Shown: positions 10,738-23,592 of the stretch, piece by piece
Layout: each line of letters begins with the position of its first letter
Position numbering within the stretch: position 1 is the first letter of the stretch
Assembly (NCBI RefSeq): GCF_001194135.2
Contig: NC_068990.1
Coordinates: 13,768,537-13,832,536 of the forward strand
Direction: 5' to 3'
DNA from: Octopus bimaculoides
Lineage: Eukaryota
Length of the DNA stretch: 64,000 nucleotides
Position numbers and translations under genes: made by a program
Notes under the pieces: model-generated
What the model was told of the DNA's origin: nothing
Database searches by the model: none
The model's input: only the letters and a program-made list of their open reading frames with translations

Positions 10738-13700
10738 CGACACACAACCAAAACGGGAGAAAAAAGAACATTTTTAAACTAAGAATTCAGTAAAGAAAAC
10801 AGGTCAATATCTTAACATAAAATGGCGTCAGAGCATCTATAATGGATACAATGCTTCATTGAGTTATAAGGTAGCCTGAACGCCACAAGCAACGACACTA
10901 CTTGCAACAACAACAATAGCGACGACAAGGGCGGCTACGATGACGACGACGACGACAAGGACGATGTTATCGACATGAAAAGTAGTGAGCAAAACCGGCG
11001 TTGGCAGACGCAACTGCAGAATCAGCAGCAACAATACGAAAGTTTGGAAATGGTTTGAATATCGTTTTAGAAATTATATTAACTTGATTGTTGTATTAGG
11101 TTCTCATCAAAGAGAAAATTTCTATTGGTAACGCAGTTGGAATGTCTCTCTATCAAACATTGTAAATCAAATATTGTTATGTCTTGAGGTAATTTATTTT
11201 TGGTGTTGTTACTAAAACTTCGCTGTCGTTCTTCGTTTCGTTGTTGTTGTTGTTGTTGCTACTGCTGTGGTTGTTGCTGTTGTTGTTTGGGTTCTTGTGT
11301 TCCGTCTTACTGCATCGTAAAGAACAATATATCTAACTATATAGATAGAAATTTTCTTAGATCTTTGGAACCTTCCCGTATAAAGAAACAGTCTAGCATG
11401 AATATGAAAACTACGTGTTAAAAATAGATATTCATATACAGAAACCGATATAGGTGGAGTGGTAAAAGAGAGGAAGCCGAAAACAATATATGTATGTGTA
11501 TATGTATATATATATATATATATATATNNNNNNNNNNNNNNNNNNNNNNNNNNNNNNNNNNNNNNNNNNNNNNNNNNNNNNNNNNNNNNNNNNNNNNNNN
11601 NNNNNNNNNNNNNNNNNNNNNNNNNNNNNNNNNNNNNNNNNNNNNNNNNNNNNNNNNNNNNNNNNNNNNNNNNNNNNNNNNNNNNNNNNNNNNNNNNNNN
11701 NNNNNNNNNNNNNNNNNNNNNNNNNNNNNNNNNNNNNNNNNNNNNNNNNNNNNNNNNNNNNNNNNNNNNNNNNNNNNNNNNNNNNNNNNNNNNNNNNNNN
11801 NNNNNNNNNNNNNNNNNNNNNNNNNNNNNNNNNNNNNNNNNNNNNNNNNNNNNNNNNNNNNNNNNNNNNNNNNNNNNNNNNNNNNNNNNNNNNNNNNNNN
11901 NNNNNNNNNNNNNNNNNNNNNNNNNNNNNNNNNNNNNNNNNNNNNNNNNNNNNNNNNNNNNNNNNNNNNNNNNNNNNNNNNNNNNNNNNNNNNNNNNNNN
12001 NNNNNNNNNNNNNNNNNNNNNNNNNNNNNNNNNNNNNNNNNNNNNNNNNNNNNNNNNNNNNNNNNNNNNNNNNNNNNNNNNNNNNNNNNNNNNNNNNNNN
12101 NNNNNNNNNNNNNNNNNNNNNNNNNNNNNNNNNNNNNNNNNNNNNNNNNNNNNNNNNNNNNNNNNNNNNNNNNNNNNNNNNNNNNNNNNNNNNNNNNNNN
12201 NNNNNNNNNNNNNNNNNNNNNNNNNNNNNNNNNNNNNNNNNNNNNNNNNNNNNNNNNNNNNNNNNNNNNNNNNNNNNNNNNNNNNNNNNNNNNNNNNNNN
12301 NNNNNNNNNNNNNNNNNNNNNNNNATATATATATATATATATATACAATATGCATATATATATTTACATGTATATATTATATTTACATATGTACATATAT
12401 AAATTTGCATATAGCTACATGTGTGTGTGTGTGTGTGTGTGCGCGCGCTTGGCTCTGCTAAAAGCTAGCAGCAATCTCCCAGATTTTAACCGAATTTCAT
12501 TGTTGTTTAACTCAGTCTGTAAATAAATCCAAAATGTATTATTTCTTACTTTGTTAGTAGTATTGTTCCTGAAAAGAGAAAATTCCATACTTCGTTATGA
12601 TTGGTATTTTTCTTTACAGACTGTTTGCCTCCTGGAATTGTACCTAAGCTTAATATACGTGAAAAAAAGAGAAAGTTATGCATGCAGTTCATAGTGGAGA
12701 CATTATTTGAGATGGACCTCTTATTAAACTGTCCATGTTCCATATAACAACATTTGAAGATGTGACAAGAGTAAATCAACTAAACCGAATTACGCAACAC
12801 CCAACCTGAATTCTTCACCTCAAATGTAACAGTGATGACAGTGGAAATATTGTTTACGTTGCAAAACTATGAAATCAGTAAAAGCCAACGGTTTGTATTG
12901 TCTCGTGAGGCCTGCAAAGCAAGCTGGTCTCAGAGCTTTTGGCTTAGAAAGCCAATTATCTACGTATCTTATATATTTTCTATCGCCTGTGGTCATCAAT
13001 AACACCGTTGGTTACAGTTCTCAGTAAGCCAGAATATGAATATGTTACTGTATTCCTGATAGTGTGAGCGACAAGGAAGGATATGTAATTCGATGCAGAA
13101 CAAATATTGCGAGGGTTTAGCTGAAATGCACTGGCATTTCAAGTTACTCGCTGATGTGTATGCCCTTTTTGGATATACAGTAGTAAAAGATATACACAGA
13201 CGCACATGCATACATACATACATACATACATACATACATACATACGTATGCATGCATATGTATATATGTATATATGTGTTTGTGTTCGTGTGTGTATATA
13301 TGTATATTTATAGATGTATATGTATTTATGTATATATTTATATATATATATATATNNNNNNNNNNNNNNNNNNNNNNNNNNNNNNNNNNNNNNNNNNNNN
13401 NNNNNNNNNNNNNNNNNNNNNNNNNNNNNNNNNNNNNNNNNNNNNNNNNNNNNNNNNNNNNNNNNNNNNNNNNNNNNNNNNNNNNNNNNNNNNNNNNNNN
13501 NNNNNNNNNNNNNNNNNNNNNNNNNNNNNNNNNNNNNNNNNNNNNNNNNNNNNNNNNNNNNNNNNNNNNNNNNNNNNNNNNNNNNNNNNNNNNNNNNNNN
13601 NNNNNNNNNNNNNNNNNNNNNNNNNNNNNNNNNNNNNNNNNNNNNNNNNNNNNNNNNNNNNNNNNNNNNNNNNNNNNNNNNNNNNNNNNNNNNNNNNNNN

Positions 13701-13961
13701 NNNNNNNNNNNNNNNNNNNNNNNNNNNNNNNNNNNNNNNNNNNNNNNNNNNNNNNNNNNNNNNNNNNNNNNNNNNNNNNNNNNNNNNNNNNNNNNNNNNN
13801 NNNNNNNNNNNNNNNNNNNNNNNNNNNNNNNNNNNNNNNNNNNNNNNNNNNNNNNNNNNNNNNNNNNNNNNNNNNNNNNNNNNNNNNNNNNNNNNNNNNN
13901 NNNNNNNNNNNNNNNNNNNNNNNNNNNNNNNNNNNNNNNNNNNNNNNNNNNNNNNNNNNNN

Positions 13962-14290
13962 TGAATGACAAGGACCTTTTTGTGTGCACAGTCTGTGACA
14001 GACCATGTCTGTCCTTGGCTGGCCTCAAATCTCACCTGCGAACCCATGGAAAACAAACCTCACCCAGCTATTCTGATTATATGTCTGTGCACACGTTTGA
14101 ATGTGGTGTGTGCCAGAGGGTTTGCAAATCCAATGGGGGTCTTAAAAGGCATGTTAGGATCCACAATGAGCAGAACTTACTTGCAGGTATTGGTAGTGCA
14201 AATCAGAGGTGCAATCTGTGTGGGTGTTTTTTCAAAACACTGTCTGGTTTAAAAAGCCACATCAGACGCCATGAAAGGGCTAAGGTGTAG
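13962..14290 (+). CDS. Open frame encoding three C2H2 zinc fingers; probable C-terminus of an RTE-like LINE ORF2 (alternative: host C2H2 ZNF terminal exon); 5' part in gap
   Basis: Three C-x2-C-x12-H-x3-H motifs: CTVCDRPCLSLAGLKSHLRTH, CGVCQRVCKSNGGLKRHVRIH, CNLCGCFFKTLSGLKSHIRRH. No internal stop; TAG at 14288-14290. Confidence 0.75.
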
Positions 14291-14345
14291 GTGCAGGAGG
14301 TGGTCAAACTCTGTTTAAGGAGTAGACAACCACCATATATGTATA
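14291..14345 (+). mobile_element. Short 3' UTR with stem-loop and (TA)-rich tail, LINE-type 3' end
   Basis: GGTGGT (14299-14304) pairs with ACCACC (14329-14334), with an inner ACTC/GAGT stem, directly followed by ATATATGTATAT. Confidence 0.55.
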
Positions 14346-14428
14346 TGTACATAGACAGATAGATAGACAGAGAGAGAGACAGCTAGAGAGAGAGAGGGGG
14401 AGGCAAATCAGTACCTTTAGTAGAAAGG

Positions 14429-14447
14429 ATTATTATTAATATTATCA

Positions 14448-14509
<62 letters not shown>

Positions 14510-14721
14510 GAGTGAGAGAGCATCACATGCCATCAAAATGACGCTGGGGTACACATATGCGAAGTCTAATATACCCATCATGGCTCCCTATCTGAAAGTC
14601 TACACAAGGCACATGCATCACACATAAGTGTGCGACATTGTGATCTTATATCAAGAACTACAGCGTATGGCCTTGCATGTGGGGCCTAGCTAAATTCTTC
14701 TTCAGGTCGAGTAGCCCATCC
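14429..14721 (-). mobile_element. 5'-truncated non-LTR retroposon 3' end with (AAT)n tail, copy 1
   Basis: (ATT)n then GAGTGAGAGAGC...GCCATCAAAATGAC..TGGGGTA...CAAGGCACATGCATCAC...CAGGTCGAGTAGCCCATCC. Homologous copies at 14906 and 35547. Confidence 0.75.
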
Positions 14722-14905
14722 GATTATTATCATTACTTTCATTAGTATCTTCTTTCAATTCCGTTTCCATTTCTTGCCGAGTGTCTTCCTGACATCTAGG
14801 GCAAAGAAGCGTACTGTATACACTGGTAGGCTATTAAAACAAACACACGAGATTGCTCATTTACAGAGTCATGTGGTCGAGTAAACGGCGAAGGCAGAGA
14901 GAAAA

Positions 14906-14953
<48 letters not shown>

Positions 14954-15262
14954 TGAGTGAAAGATTTGGCCACGCCATCAAAGTGACGTTCGGGTACAAA
15001 TATACGAAACCCAATATACACATCATGACTACCAATCTAATAAGGGTACAATAGGCACATGCATCACAACCACAAGATATACAACACATGAAGTTACTTC
15101 AGGTCGAGTGACCCATCCCGCTCCAAAGGTCCCCTGAATACGAGTTATTGAAGGATGAAAGAAACAGCCATGTGTCCAGGGGTGAATTATTCAAACCCCA
15201 AAGAATCCCTCTCAACACATGTCTATGATCCCCACCCACTATTCCTGCTCGAAATCAGAAAT
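14906..15262 (-). mobile_element. Same retroposon 3' end with (AAT)n tail, copy 2 (longer)
   Basis: (ATT)n then GAGTGAAAGA...GCCATCAAAGTGAC...GGCACATGCATCACAACC...CAGGTCGAGTGACCCATCCCGCTC...CAAACCCCAAAGAATCCCTCTCAACACATG. Confidence 0.75.
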
Positions 15263-15321
15263 ACGTATGTATGTATGTATGTATGCATGTATGTATGTAT
15301 GTATGTATGCATTTATGTATG

Positions 15322-15352
<31 letters not shown>

Positions 15353-16740
15353 GTGTGTGTGTGTGCATGCATTTATATATGTATGTATGTATGTATGCTC
15401 GCATGCATGGTGTGTATATATAAGCATATGTCCGTGCGTTTTAAGTAAACGGAAAAGGAACTTTTCATAGAAGAAAACATACATTTCTTTCATTGGAAGT
15501 TTGCCAGTTATCTATCTCACTGGTAATATATGTCTCTCTGTGGGATTGTATATATGTCTGTGCGTTTACGAAGGCGTTGTAACAGCTGTCATGCTTTTAA
15601 AACTTCCAACAAATATCACAAGCAGACTCGTTATACAATGATTCTAAAACATGATAAAGCCAAATTCATGTGAAGCCATAGTTATCACTAATTCCATTTT
15701 GACACGATTTAAAATACACCATTTTTAAAAAGATTTTTTCTTACGTTTTGTGATTAGGTTCTATAGCAGTATAGACCAACATAAATGAATAAAATAAATA
15801 TATATTTTTTTTTCTTTTTGTTTTGTCTGCGTTTAAATCTCTCGATCTTGTTATGGACTGGTCCCCATTACTTTCATGATTACATACACTATGGGAAATT
15901 AGCATGGGGTATATGTTATTAAAATAAAACGGAAATACTATTGGAATACTTGTTTTCGTTTATTAAAATAATCCCAAGTTGAATGGAAATATTTTATATA
16001 CATACGACTTCTTTTATTGGAAAAGTGCCAACACCAATCTCAAAGGTAACATTTTATCATAATTATGTAAACATTTTTTAACTAAATCTTTCAATGGGAT
16101 ATACTGATTTAGTGCAGGCGGTGTTCTGTTCGGAAAGCAACGAAGGCCATATTGTTTAAACAAATAAATTAGTTGGCACGTCAATTTGTATTTATACATA
16201 TTTCGTTCGTTTATTTATTTTCTAATTTTTTTCAGATTGAATCATAAAGGCGAGTGCTGAAGGATTATGTACAATCTCCTGCTGACTCTACATCAAATCC
16301 CAATTTTAATTCAGTGTTAAAGAAAAACATTTTCTGTTACTCCTTCTAATTGTATTCTTGTACAGCTTCTCCTCCTTCCTGATATTACGGTAATTAATTA
16401 TGTGTTTAAAAGCATATTTCAACTTAAATGATTTATAAGTACGTGTTACTTCGTTATGCAAACAAAATATACTATAAAATACACTAAATATTTCAACTGT
16501 CTCTAAAAGAATCTTGTCGGTTAAATCTTCGATATGAAGTAAACGAAAGCTAGTCATACAATATAATACTACAAAACCCTTTGAATGTCATATAATGCAG
16601 CTTTGTCATAAAAATACTTCTTACATTCACAAATTGTTTTCTTTATTCAGGATCTAGAACGGAGTTTTAGGATATGAGAGATTCAATTTCTAATTCTAGA
16701 AGTAGGTGTGACTGTATATTTTACTTCTTTGAATTGTAAA

Positions 16741-16806
<66 letters not shown>

Positions 16807-17308
16807 NNNNNNNNNNNNNNNNNNNNNNNNNNNNNNNNNNNNNNNNNNNNNNNNNNNNNNNNNNNNNNNNNNNNNNNNNNNNNNNNNNNNNNNNNNNNNN
16901 NNNNNNNNNNNNNNNNNNNNNNNNNNNNNNNNNNNNNNNNNNNNNNNNNNNNNNNNNNNNNNNNNNNNNNNNNNNNNNNNNNNNNNNNNNNNNNNNNNNN
17001 NNNNNNNNNNNNNNNNNNNNNNNNNNNNNNNNNNNNNNNNNNNNNNNNNNNNNNNNNNNNNNNNNNNNNNNNNNNNNNNNNNNNNNNNNNNNNNNNNNNN
17101 NNNNNNNNNNNNNNNNNNNNNNNNNNNNNNNNNNNNNNNNNNNNNNNNNNNNNNNNNNNNNNNNNNNNNNNNNNNNNNNNNNNNNNNNNNNNNNNNNNNN
17201 NNNNNNNNNNNNNNNNNNNNNNNNNNNNNNNNNNNNNNNNNNNNNNNNNNNNNNNNNNNNNNNNNNNNNNNNNNNNNNNNNNNNNNNNNNNNNNNNNNNN
17301 NNNNNNNN

Positions 17309-17354
<46 letters not shown>

Positions 17355-17505
17355 CATACATACACACACACACGTTTGTATGTATGCATGTATGTATGTA
17401 TGTATGTATGTATGCATGTATACATGCTTGTATACAGGCATGGAAGGATGGATGGAGTGAGAGGGGGATAGGGGATGGATGGATTGAAGGAGGGAAGGGT
17501 GGATT

Positions 17506-17824
17506 CATTACTTTCGAGACAGTACATCTTGACACACCAAACATTTCGGCTGTTTTCGTAACGCTAGCGCCTGCCATACGAGCACCAACAAGTTGACCGC
17601 TTTGAAAGTCCGATAGATCTGTCATTATAATGAATTTTAATTATTTTTCTCTGATGATATCTGAAAAGAAGCAGCAATTTTAGCAAAAGATATTCAGAAA
17701 CACTAATAATAAATTTCAAAAAAACATTAGAATAAACAAGCTTTTGACGGTTTTATAGATATTTCAAACTTATGCTATAACGCTAGGTGTTTCGGTGTTT
17801 CCATTATTTTTTCTAACCCCAGTA
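17506..17824 (-). mobile_element. Tc1-like DNA transposon 5' fragment: left TIR plus transposase N-terminal HTH
   Basis: 17506-17625 minus encodes MTDLSDFQSGQLVGARMAGASVTKTAEMFGVSRCTVSKVM (Tc1 paired-like HTH). TIR-like GGTGTTTCCATTATTTTTTCTAACCCCAG|TA at 17794-17824. Confidence 0.85.
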
Positions 17825-18062
17825 TATATACAAATGATATATATGTAGAGAAGCCATAAATTTAATTCTATCGACAGTGCTTTACTAGATACTTATTTTT
17901 TAGCGCTACACGGAAAGATGAAAATTAAAGTTGGGTTGTGCAATTTGAATTCAGAAAAAATGCTTACGTAATTAAGTAGTAGGCGGATCTAGATGAGAAC
18001 CTACAGGTTTGGCAGCCATCATATTAATACACACACACATCATGTATATGTCTTTGTGCACG

Positions 18063-18113
<51 letters not shown>

Positions 18114-18715
18114 NNNNNNNNNNNNNNNNNNNNNNNNNNNNNNNNNNNNNNNNNNNNNNNNNNNNNNNNNNNNNNNNNNNNNNNNNNNNNNNNNNNNNNN
18201 NNNNNNNNNNNNNNNNNNNNNNNNNNNNNNNNNNNNNNNNNNNNNNNNNNNNNNNNNNNNNNNNNNNNNNNNNNNNNNNNNNNNNNNNNNNNNNNNNNNN
18301 NNNNNNNNNNNNNNNNNNNNNNNNNNNNNNNNNNNNNNNNNNNNNNNNNNNNNNNNNNNNNNNNNNNNNNNNNNNNNNNNNNNNNNNNNNNNNNNNNNNN
18401 NNNNNNNNNNNNNNNNNNNNNNNNNNNNNNNNNNNNNNNNNNNNNNNNNNNNNNNNNNNNNNNNNNNNNNNNNNNNNNNNNNNNNNNNNNNNNNNNNNNN
18501 NNNNNNNNNNNNNNNNNNNNNNNNNNNNNNNNNNNNNNNNNNNNNNNNNNNNNNNNNNNNNNNNNNNNNNNNNNNNNNNNNNNNNNNNNNNNNNNNNNNN
18601 NNNNNNNNNNNNNNNNNNNNNNNNNNNNNNNNNNNNNNNNNNNNNNNNNNNNNNNNNNNNNNNNNNNNNNNNNNNNNNNNNNNNNNNNNNNNNNNNNNNN
18701 NNNNNNNNNNNNNNN

Positions 18716-18746
<31 letters not shown>

Positions 18747-19009
18747 CATACATGCGCATGTGTATATACACACGGATATACTGACACATACATAGATATA
18801 CTACATATGATATATATAACATATATTAATATAGAATATATTATATATGTGCATATAAGTTATCTACACACATACACACAAACGTGTACTCATTTACACG
18901 TATATATAGACAGATGGATATATAGGCAGAGAGATAGTATGGTGCACACAGACAGACAGACAGCTGAATTGATAGAGAGATGGATTGATGGAGGAATACA
19001 ATTAGATAA

Positions 19010-19046
<37 letters not shown>

Positions 19047-19231
19047 AAACGAGGCCTCTTATTTTAATGTAAAGCAAATTAATATTTTTATTATAGATTG
19101 TAGTAATGGATTCCCAAAATAAATATATATAAATTGTATGTATCTCCCTATATACTTCTCTATCTCTATATATATACACATACACACACACATACATATA
19201 TATGTGTGTGTACATTTATATATATATATAC

Positions 19232-19262
<31 letters not shown>

Positions 19263-21142
19263 TGAGTACTCTTTTTTCTACCTTGTTGCACATTTTATGT
19301 GCTTATTCCGGTACATATCTACATATATAGATTTATATATAAATATATATTATATAGACATACATGATATATACATATATACATACATTCATACCTGCAT
19401 ACACAGATAAATACATGAATAGGTAGCAAGATAGATACAGAAATAATCACATATATATCTGTATGTACGTACAAACGCAAATACATATGTACACACACAT
19501 GCCCACACATATATGTTTATATGTATGTAGGTATGAATATATATACGCATTGGTGATGTAATTAAGCATGCAGAATCTTAAAAGCAAATGGCGAACATAT
19601 ACTGAGGTATTCAAAAAAGGCAGACATCATATTTACGTGTGTGTGTACGCGTGTGCTATCGTGCGTACGTCTATGTGTGTGCGTGCGTGAGCGAGTGAGT
19701 GCGTGAGTGAGTGAGTGAGTGAGTGTCTTGCTCTTAATGTAAGCCCTTTACTAGAATAATTGCACTATAGGAGAAATTAAAGAACTTGTTTAAGAAATAT
19801 GATGAATAAGTATTAATCTGGCAAGGAGAGTTCAATCTTGCTGAGGAATAATGAATAGATATATAAAAACAAGTAACTAGACTGTTCCATTAAACCTACA
19901 TCATCCTCTGCTGTCGTTTAATCTTATCTACTTATGAATTAGGATTTATTTCATTTCCATTTTCCTACGAAAGTATTGTGCTTATTGTAAAATATAGTAG
20001 AGAACGAAGATATTTGGAATATAGATGTGTAACTTATTCGTTATGTATTATTTCGTTATTGCTACTAAGACACACTGTTTTCCAAATCCTTGAGCACAGG
20101 CATACTAACCGTGGCCTTCCTACTTTTTCATATTATTTTATTTCAGAGAATGTAATCGAACGGTATGATCTGGAAGGAATTTAGTTATTATTTATATTCA
20201 TTCATTTGGTCGTTGTTTATTCCAGCGACAACGTAGATGTTTTATTTGTTCCTGTAATGTATTTGGCATTTATAGTTTTGTATTAAAGTGCAGTGGTTGA
20301 CGTTTCGTGCATGAATTGAAGTATAATCTTCTGAGCTGTTTGTATAATTTCCCTAATCCGAAGTAGTATCAGTCTGTTTCACAAACAGTGCATAACATGG
20401 GCTTGTATCCAAATTGCCCGCCCCTTCTTCAAACATAATATACATTCGATGACAATAACAACATATATATATCGTGGTCTGGTTATCAACACTTGTATAA
20501 CTCACCCTATGGCACAGTATCCAAGGTTACAACACGTCTTAATTTTCTAATACTTCTAAATTATTGTATTTTCTATTTATTACCATTTCATGTTATCGTA
20601 CCAAATCGTCGACTTGGTGAGATTTGAAGAGAATATGAGTTGCTTTATGAGAAAAGTTTGCTAGCCTACATTCAACTCATCTTCCAATATTTTGGAGAAA
20701 AGAATCGATGTTACTTGTCACCCACGACCATTCTGAAAGTGGAACGCGGCTGATTCCGGCACAGAAGGAGACAAGGTTAGGAACCATACCTTTCATTAAT
20801 ATATCCTTCATTTATAAAACCTAGAATAATGAAAAAGGTAAGCCTGGTCGTTTTTGAATTTTGGGGTTAGAGAATCGGAATATATCTCGAGTGGGAGTAT
20901 AACAACATACTAGCAACTCTACCAAATCGATGAAACAATCGTTTTGCATGTTTTATGGAAGTTTATTTCGTCCCTCTGGCATGGTGTACACATGTTGAAT
21001 ATTATATATATTCGTATTTCAATGTAATTAGTTTGTGGTAATTAAATATCCAGTTTACGTTTGAAATTATATATCCCGGTATATATACTGTTCACAGAAA
21101 TTTCTACTGTCGAGGTTTTGTCTGGCTTTAAATAACTGAAAT

Positions 21143-21473
21143 GGAGGCGCAATGGCCCAGTAGTTAGGGCAGCGGACTCGCGGTCATAGGATCGCGGTTT
21201 CGATTCCCAGACCGGGCTTTGTGAGTGTTTATTGAGCGAAAACACCTAAAGCTCCACGAGGATCCGGCAGGGGGTGGTGGCGAACCCTGCTGTACTCTTC
21301 CACCACAACTTTCTCTCACTCTTAGTTTCTGTTGTGCCTGTAATTCAAAGGGTCAGCCTTGTCACACTGTGTCACGCTAAATATCCCCGAGAACTACGTT
21401 AATGGTACACGTGTCTGTGGAGTGCTCAGCCACTTGCACGTTAATTTCACGAGCAGGCTGTTCCGTTGATCGG
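21143..21473 (+). mobile_element. tRNA(Arg-like)-derived SINE, family C (3' end in gap)
   Basis: GGAGGCGCAATGGCCCAGTAGTTAGG (A box)...GGTTTCGATTCCC (B box), body, and tail CACGTGTCTGTGGAGTGCTCAGCCACTTGCACGTTAATTTCACGAGCAGGCTGTTCCG. Homolog at 38624. Confidence 0.9.
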
Positions 21474-21757
21474 NNNNNNNNNNNNNNNNNNNNNNNNNNN
21501 NNNNNNNNNNNNNNGGAAAACTTTGTAGCGCTGTGTTTCATCATAACTGCAGAGCAACGAGTGGAACAGGTATAAAAGAATAAGAGAATGCAGATATTAC
21601 AAGAATGGTACGACACATTGAACATTAATCAGCTAGTGATAGAATATATCGAGGGCTTCAGAAATCAGATACGTAATACATGATATACAGCTTAACGGAA
21701 ATTAAATTTACAGAAAGGCCATAGTCTGTTATTTTGCTTCAAGATAGAGAGAAAAAC

Positions 21758-21800
<43 letters not shown>

Positions 21801-22106
21801 CATATATATACATATGTATACATATTTCTATGTAAATATACATGTGTGTATGTGCATGTGTGTGTGTGAGTGTGTGTTTAATAGTGAAATACCCAAAATC
21901 CTCTTGGTGTATGCTTCCATTTATTCGATTACCTGCCAACTGCAATGGTTAATATTGGATATAGTAAATATTAAATTGAATTTCTGGCGTAAATACTATT
22001 TGAAACACATGAAACATATGGGTAGCATTGTAAAATATGTAAATATCGATACCTATGCGGGGGAACGGTACAGAATTTCACTTAGATGAATGTCAAGCAC
22101 CTGACA

Positions 22107-22151
<45 letters not shown>

Positions 22152-23550
22152 GATATATAATGTATATATGTGTGTATATATATATGTTTATGCATCTCTC
22201 CCTCTCTCTCNNNNNNNNNNNNNNNNNNNNNNNNNNNNNNNNNNNNNNNNNNNNNNNNNNNNNNNNNNNNNNNNNNNNNNNNNNNNNNNNNNNNNNNNNN
22301 NNNNNNNNNNNNNNNNNNNNNNNNNNNNNNNNNNNNNNNNNNNNNNNNNNNNNNNNNNNNNNNNNNNNNNNNNNNNNNNNNNNNNNNNNNNNNNNNNNNN
22401 NNNNNNNNNNNNNNNNNNNNNNNNNNNNNNNNNNNNNNNNNNNNNNNNNNNNNNNNNNNNNNNNNNNNNNNNNNNNNNNNNNNNNNNNNNNNNNNNNNNN
22501 NNNNNNNNNNNNNNNNNNNNNNNNNNNNNNNNNNNNNNNNNNNNNNNNNNNNNNNNNNNNNNNNNNNNNNNNNNGTATATGAGAAATAGTGGTACAGATA
22601 TCATATTTTTAACTGGCTTTTCTGCCAGCTCAGAGAATTGAGTGCTTATATAAACTTGAGTGTTAAACCAAGAAACATATTTTCACTTGTCTTTGTAGGC
22701 AATCAGAAGTTGCTTGGTCAAGTTCTAGCCTCGACAGAATCTGCTTGGATTTCATTCCTCGGTTCACGGGTATTCAAACGAATGAGTGTGAACGAGCATC
22801 TTTTTTCTCTAAAAAAAAAAAGACAACGAAATCTCTTGTTCTCGCAAAGCAAAACAACTTGATGCACTAGCCATTACAACCAAGAGAAAACTACAAACAT
22901 CTTCGAAGATGATAATTTCAAGACTGAAATCGCCATTAGAACTTTTAGGTGAGAAATTAATACCTCAAGGGAGTAAAACAGAATAGCGTCATTTCAATTC
23001 TCGGAACACCGAGAGTTGTTTTTGACAAACAACGGCAGTAATTTTATTCAGCTGAATACACGTCATTGATTGGTTAAAATTACCGAAATACGACAACTTT
23101 AACACGAAAGAACTTTGAAAATACAGAATTTTCTCAACAGCACTAAAAGAGTAAAAGATGTTTTATATGACACATTCTACCAGTGTCCGAAGTTTGAAAA
23201 TGTTTAGTTACAAAAAATTAATTTCTCGATGTGCTGTTCAAAGGGAAAAAAATCCCAACTCCCACTAGAATATAGTTGAAATGACTATTTTGGACCGATA
23301 TTTTGCTTTCTGAATGGTTACCATAAAACGGGTGTAACAACTCAGAGAATTCTTCAGTATTACTCGAACGTTCACCAAAAGTGGATATATAGATAAGTTA
23401 TAGTTTTTACGTTTGTAGTTGGTTGTGAACTTAACTTGGTATAAACATCATAAAGAACTTTTATTGTAATACCTCTAGGAGAGATAAATGCCTGGCAATT
23501 ATCTTGCTCATGTTTGCAATCATGAAAATAAAAGTATTGTAACGATTACT

Positions 23551-23592
<42 letters not shown>

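Noticed and set aside
10935-10960. YDDDDDDK resembling a FLAG tag or vector contamination
   Set aside because: A natural (GAC)n tract; not DYKDDDDK and no vector context.
11212-12526. Long ORFs of 150-380 aa here and at 13.1-14.0, 16.7-17.6, 18.0-19.0, 22.1-22.6, 27.2-28.1, 28.6-29.7, 36.9-37.8 and 55.2-56.0 kb
   Set aside because: They run through N-gaps (X residues) flanked by (TA)n/(CA)n. They are assembly artefacts, apart from the real ZF segment at 13962 and the Tc1 segment at 17506.
12620-12750. Acceptor TTTCTTTACAG followed by a 42-codon open frame (CLPPGIVPKLNIREKKRKLCMQF...)
   Set aside because: No recognisable homology; length within chance expectation.
21143-21215. tRNA-like sequence, also at 38624, about 33380-33432 and about 47680-47754
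   Set aside because: A and B boxes are present but each continues into a SINE body and lacks a proper acceptor stem; these are SINE heads, not tRNA genes.
23012-23256. Possible non-autonomous DNA transposon (Kolobok/hAT-like MITE)
   Set aside because: Looks repeat-like, but I could not define matching TIRs or a TSD from the sequence alone.
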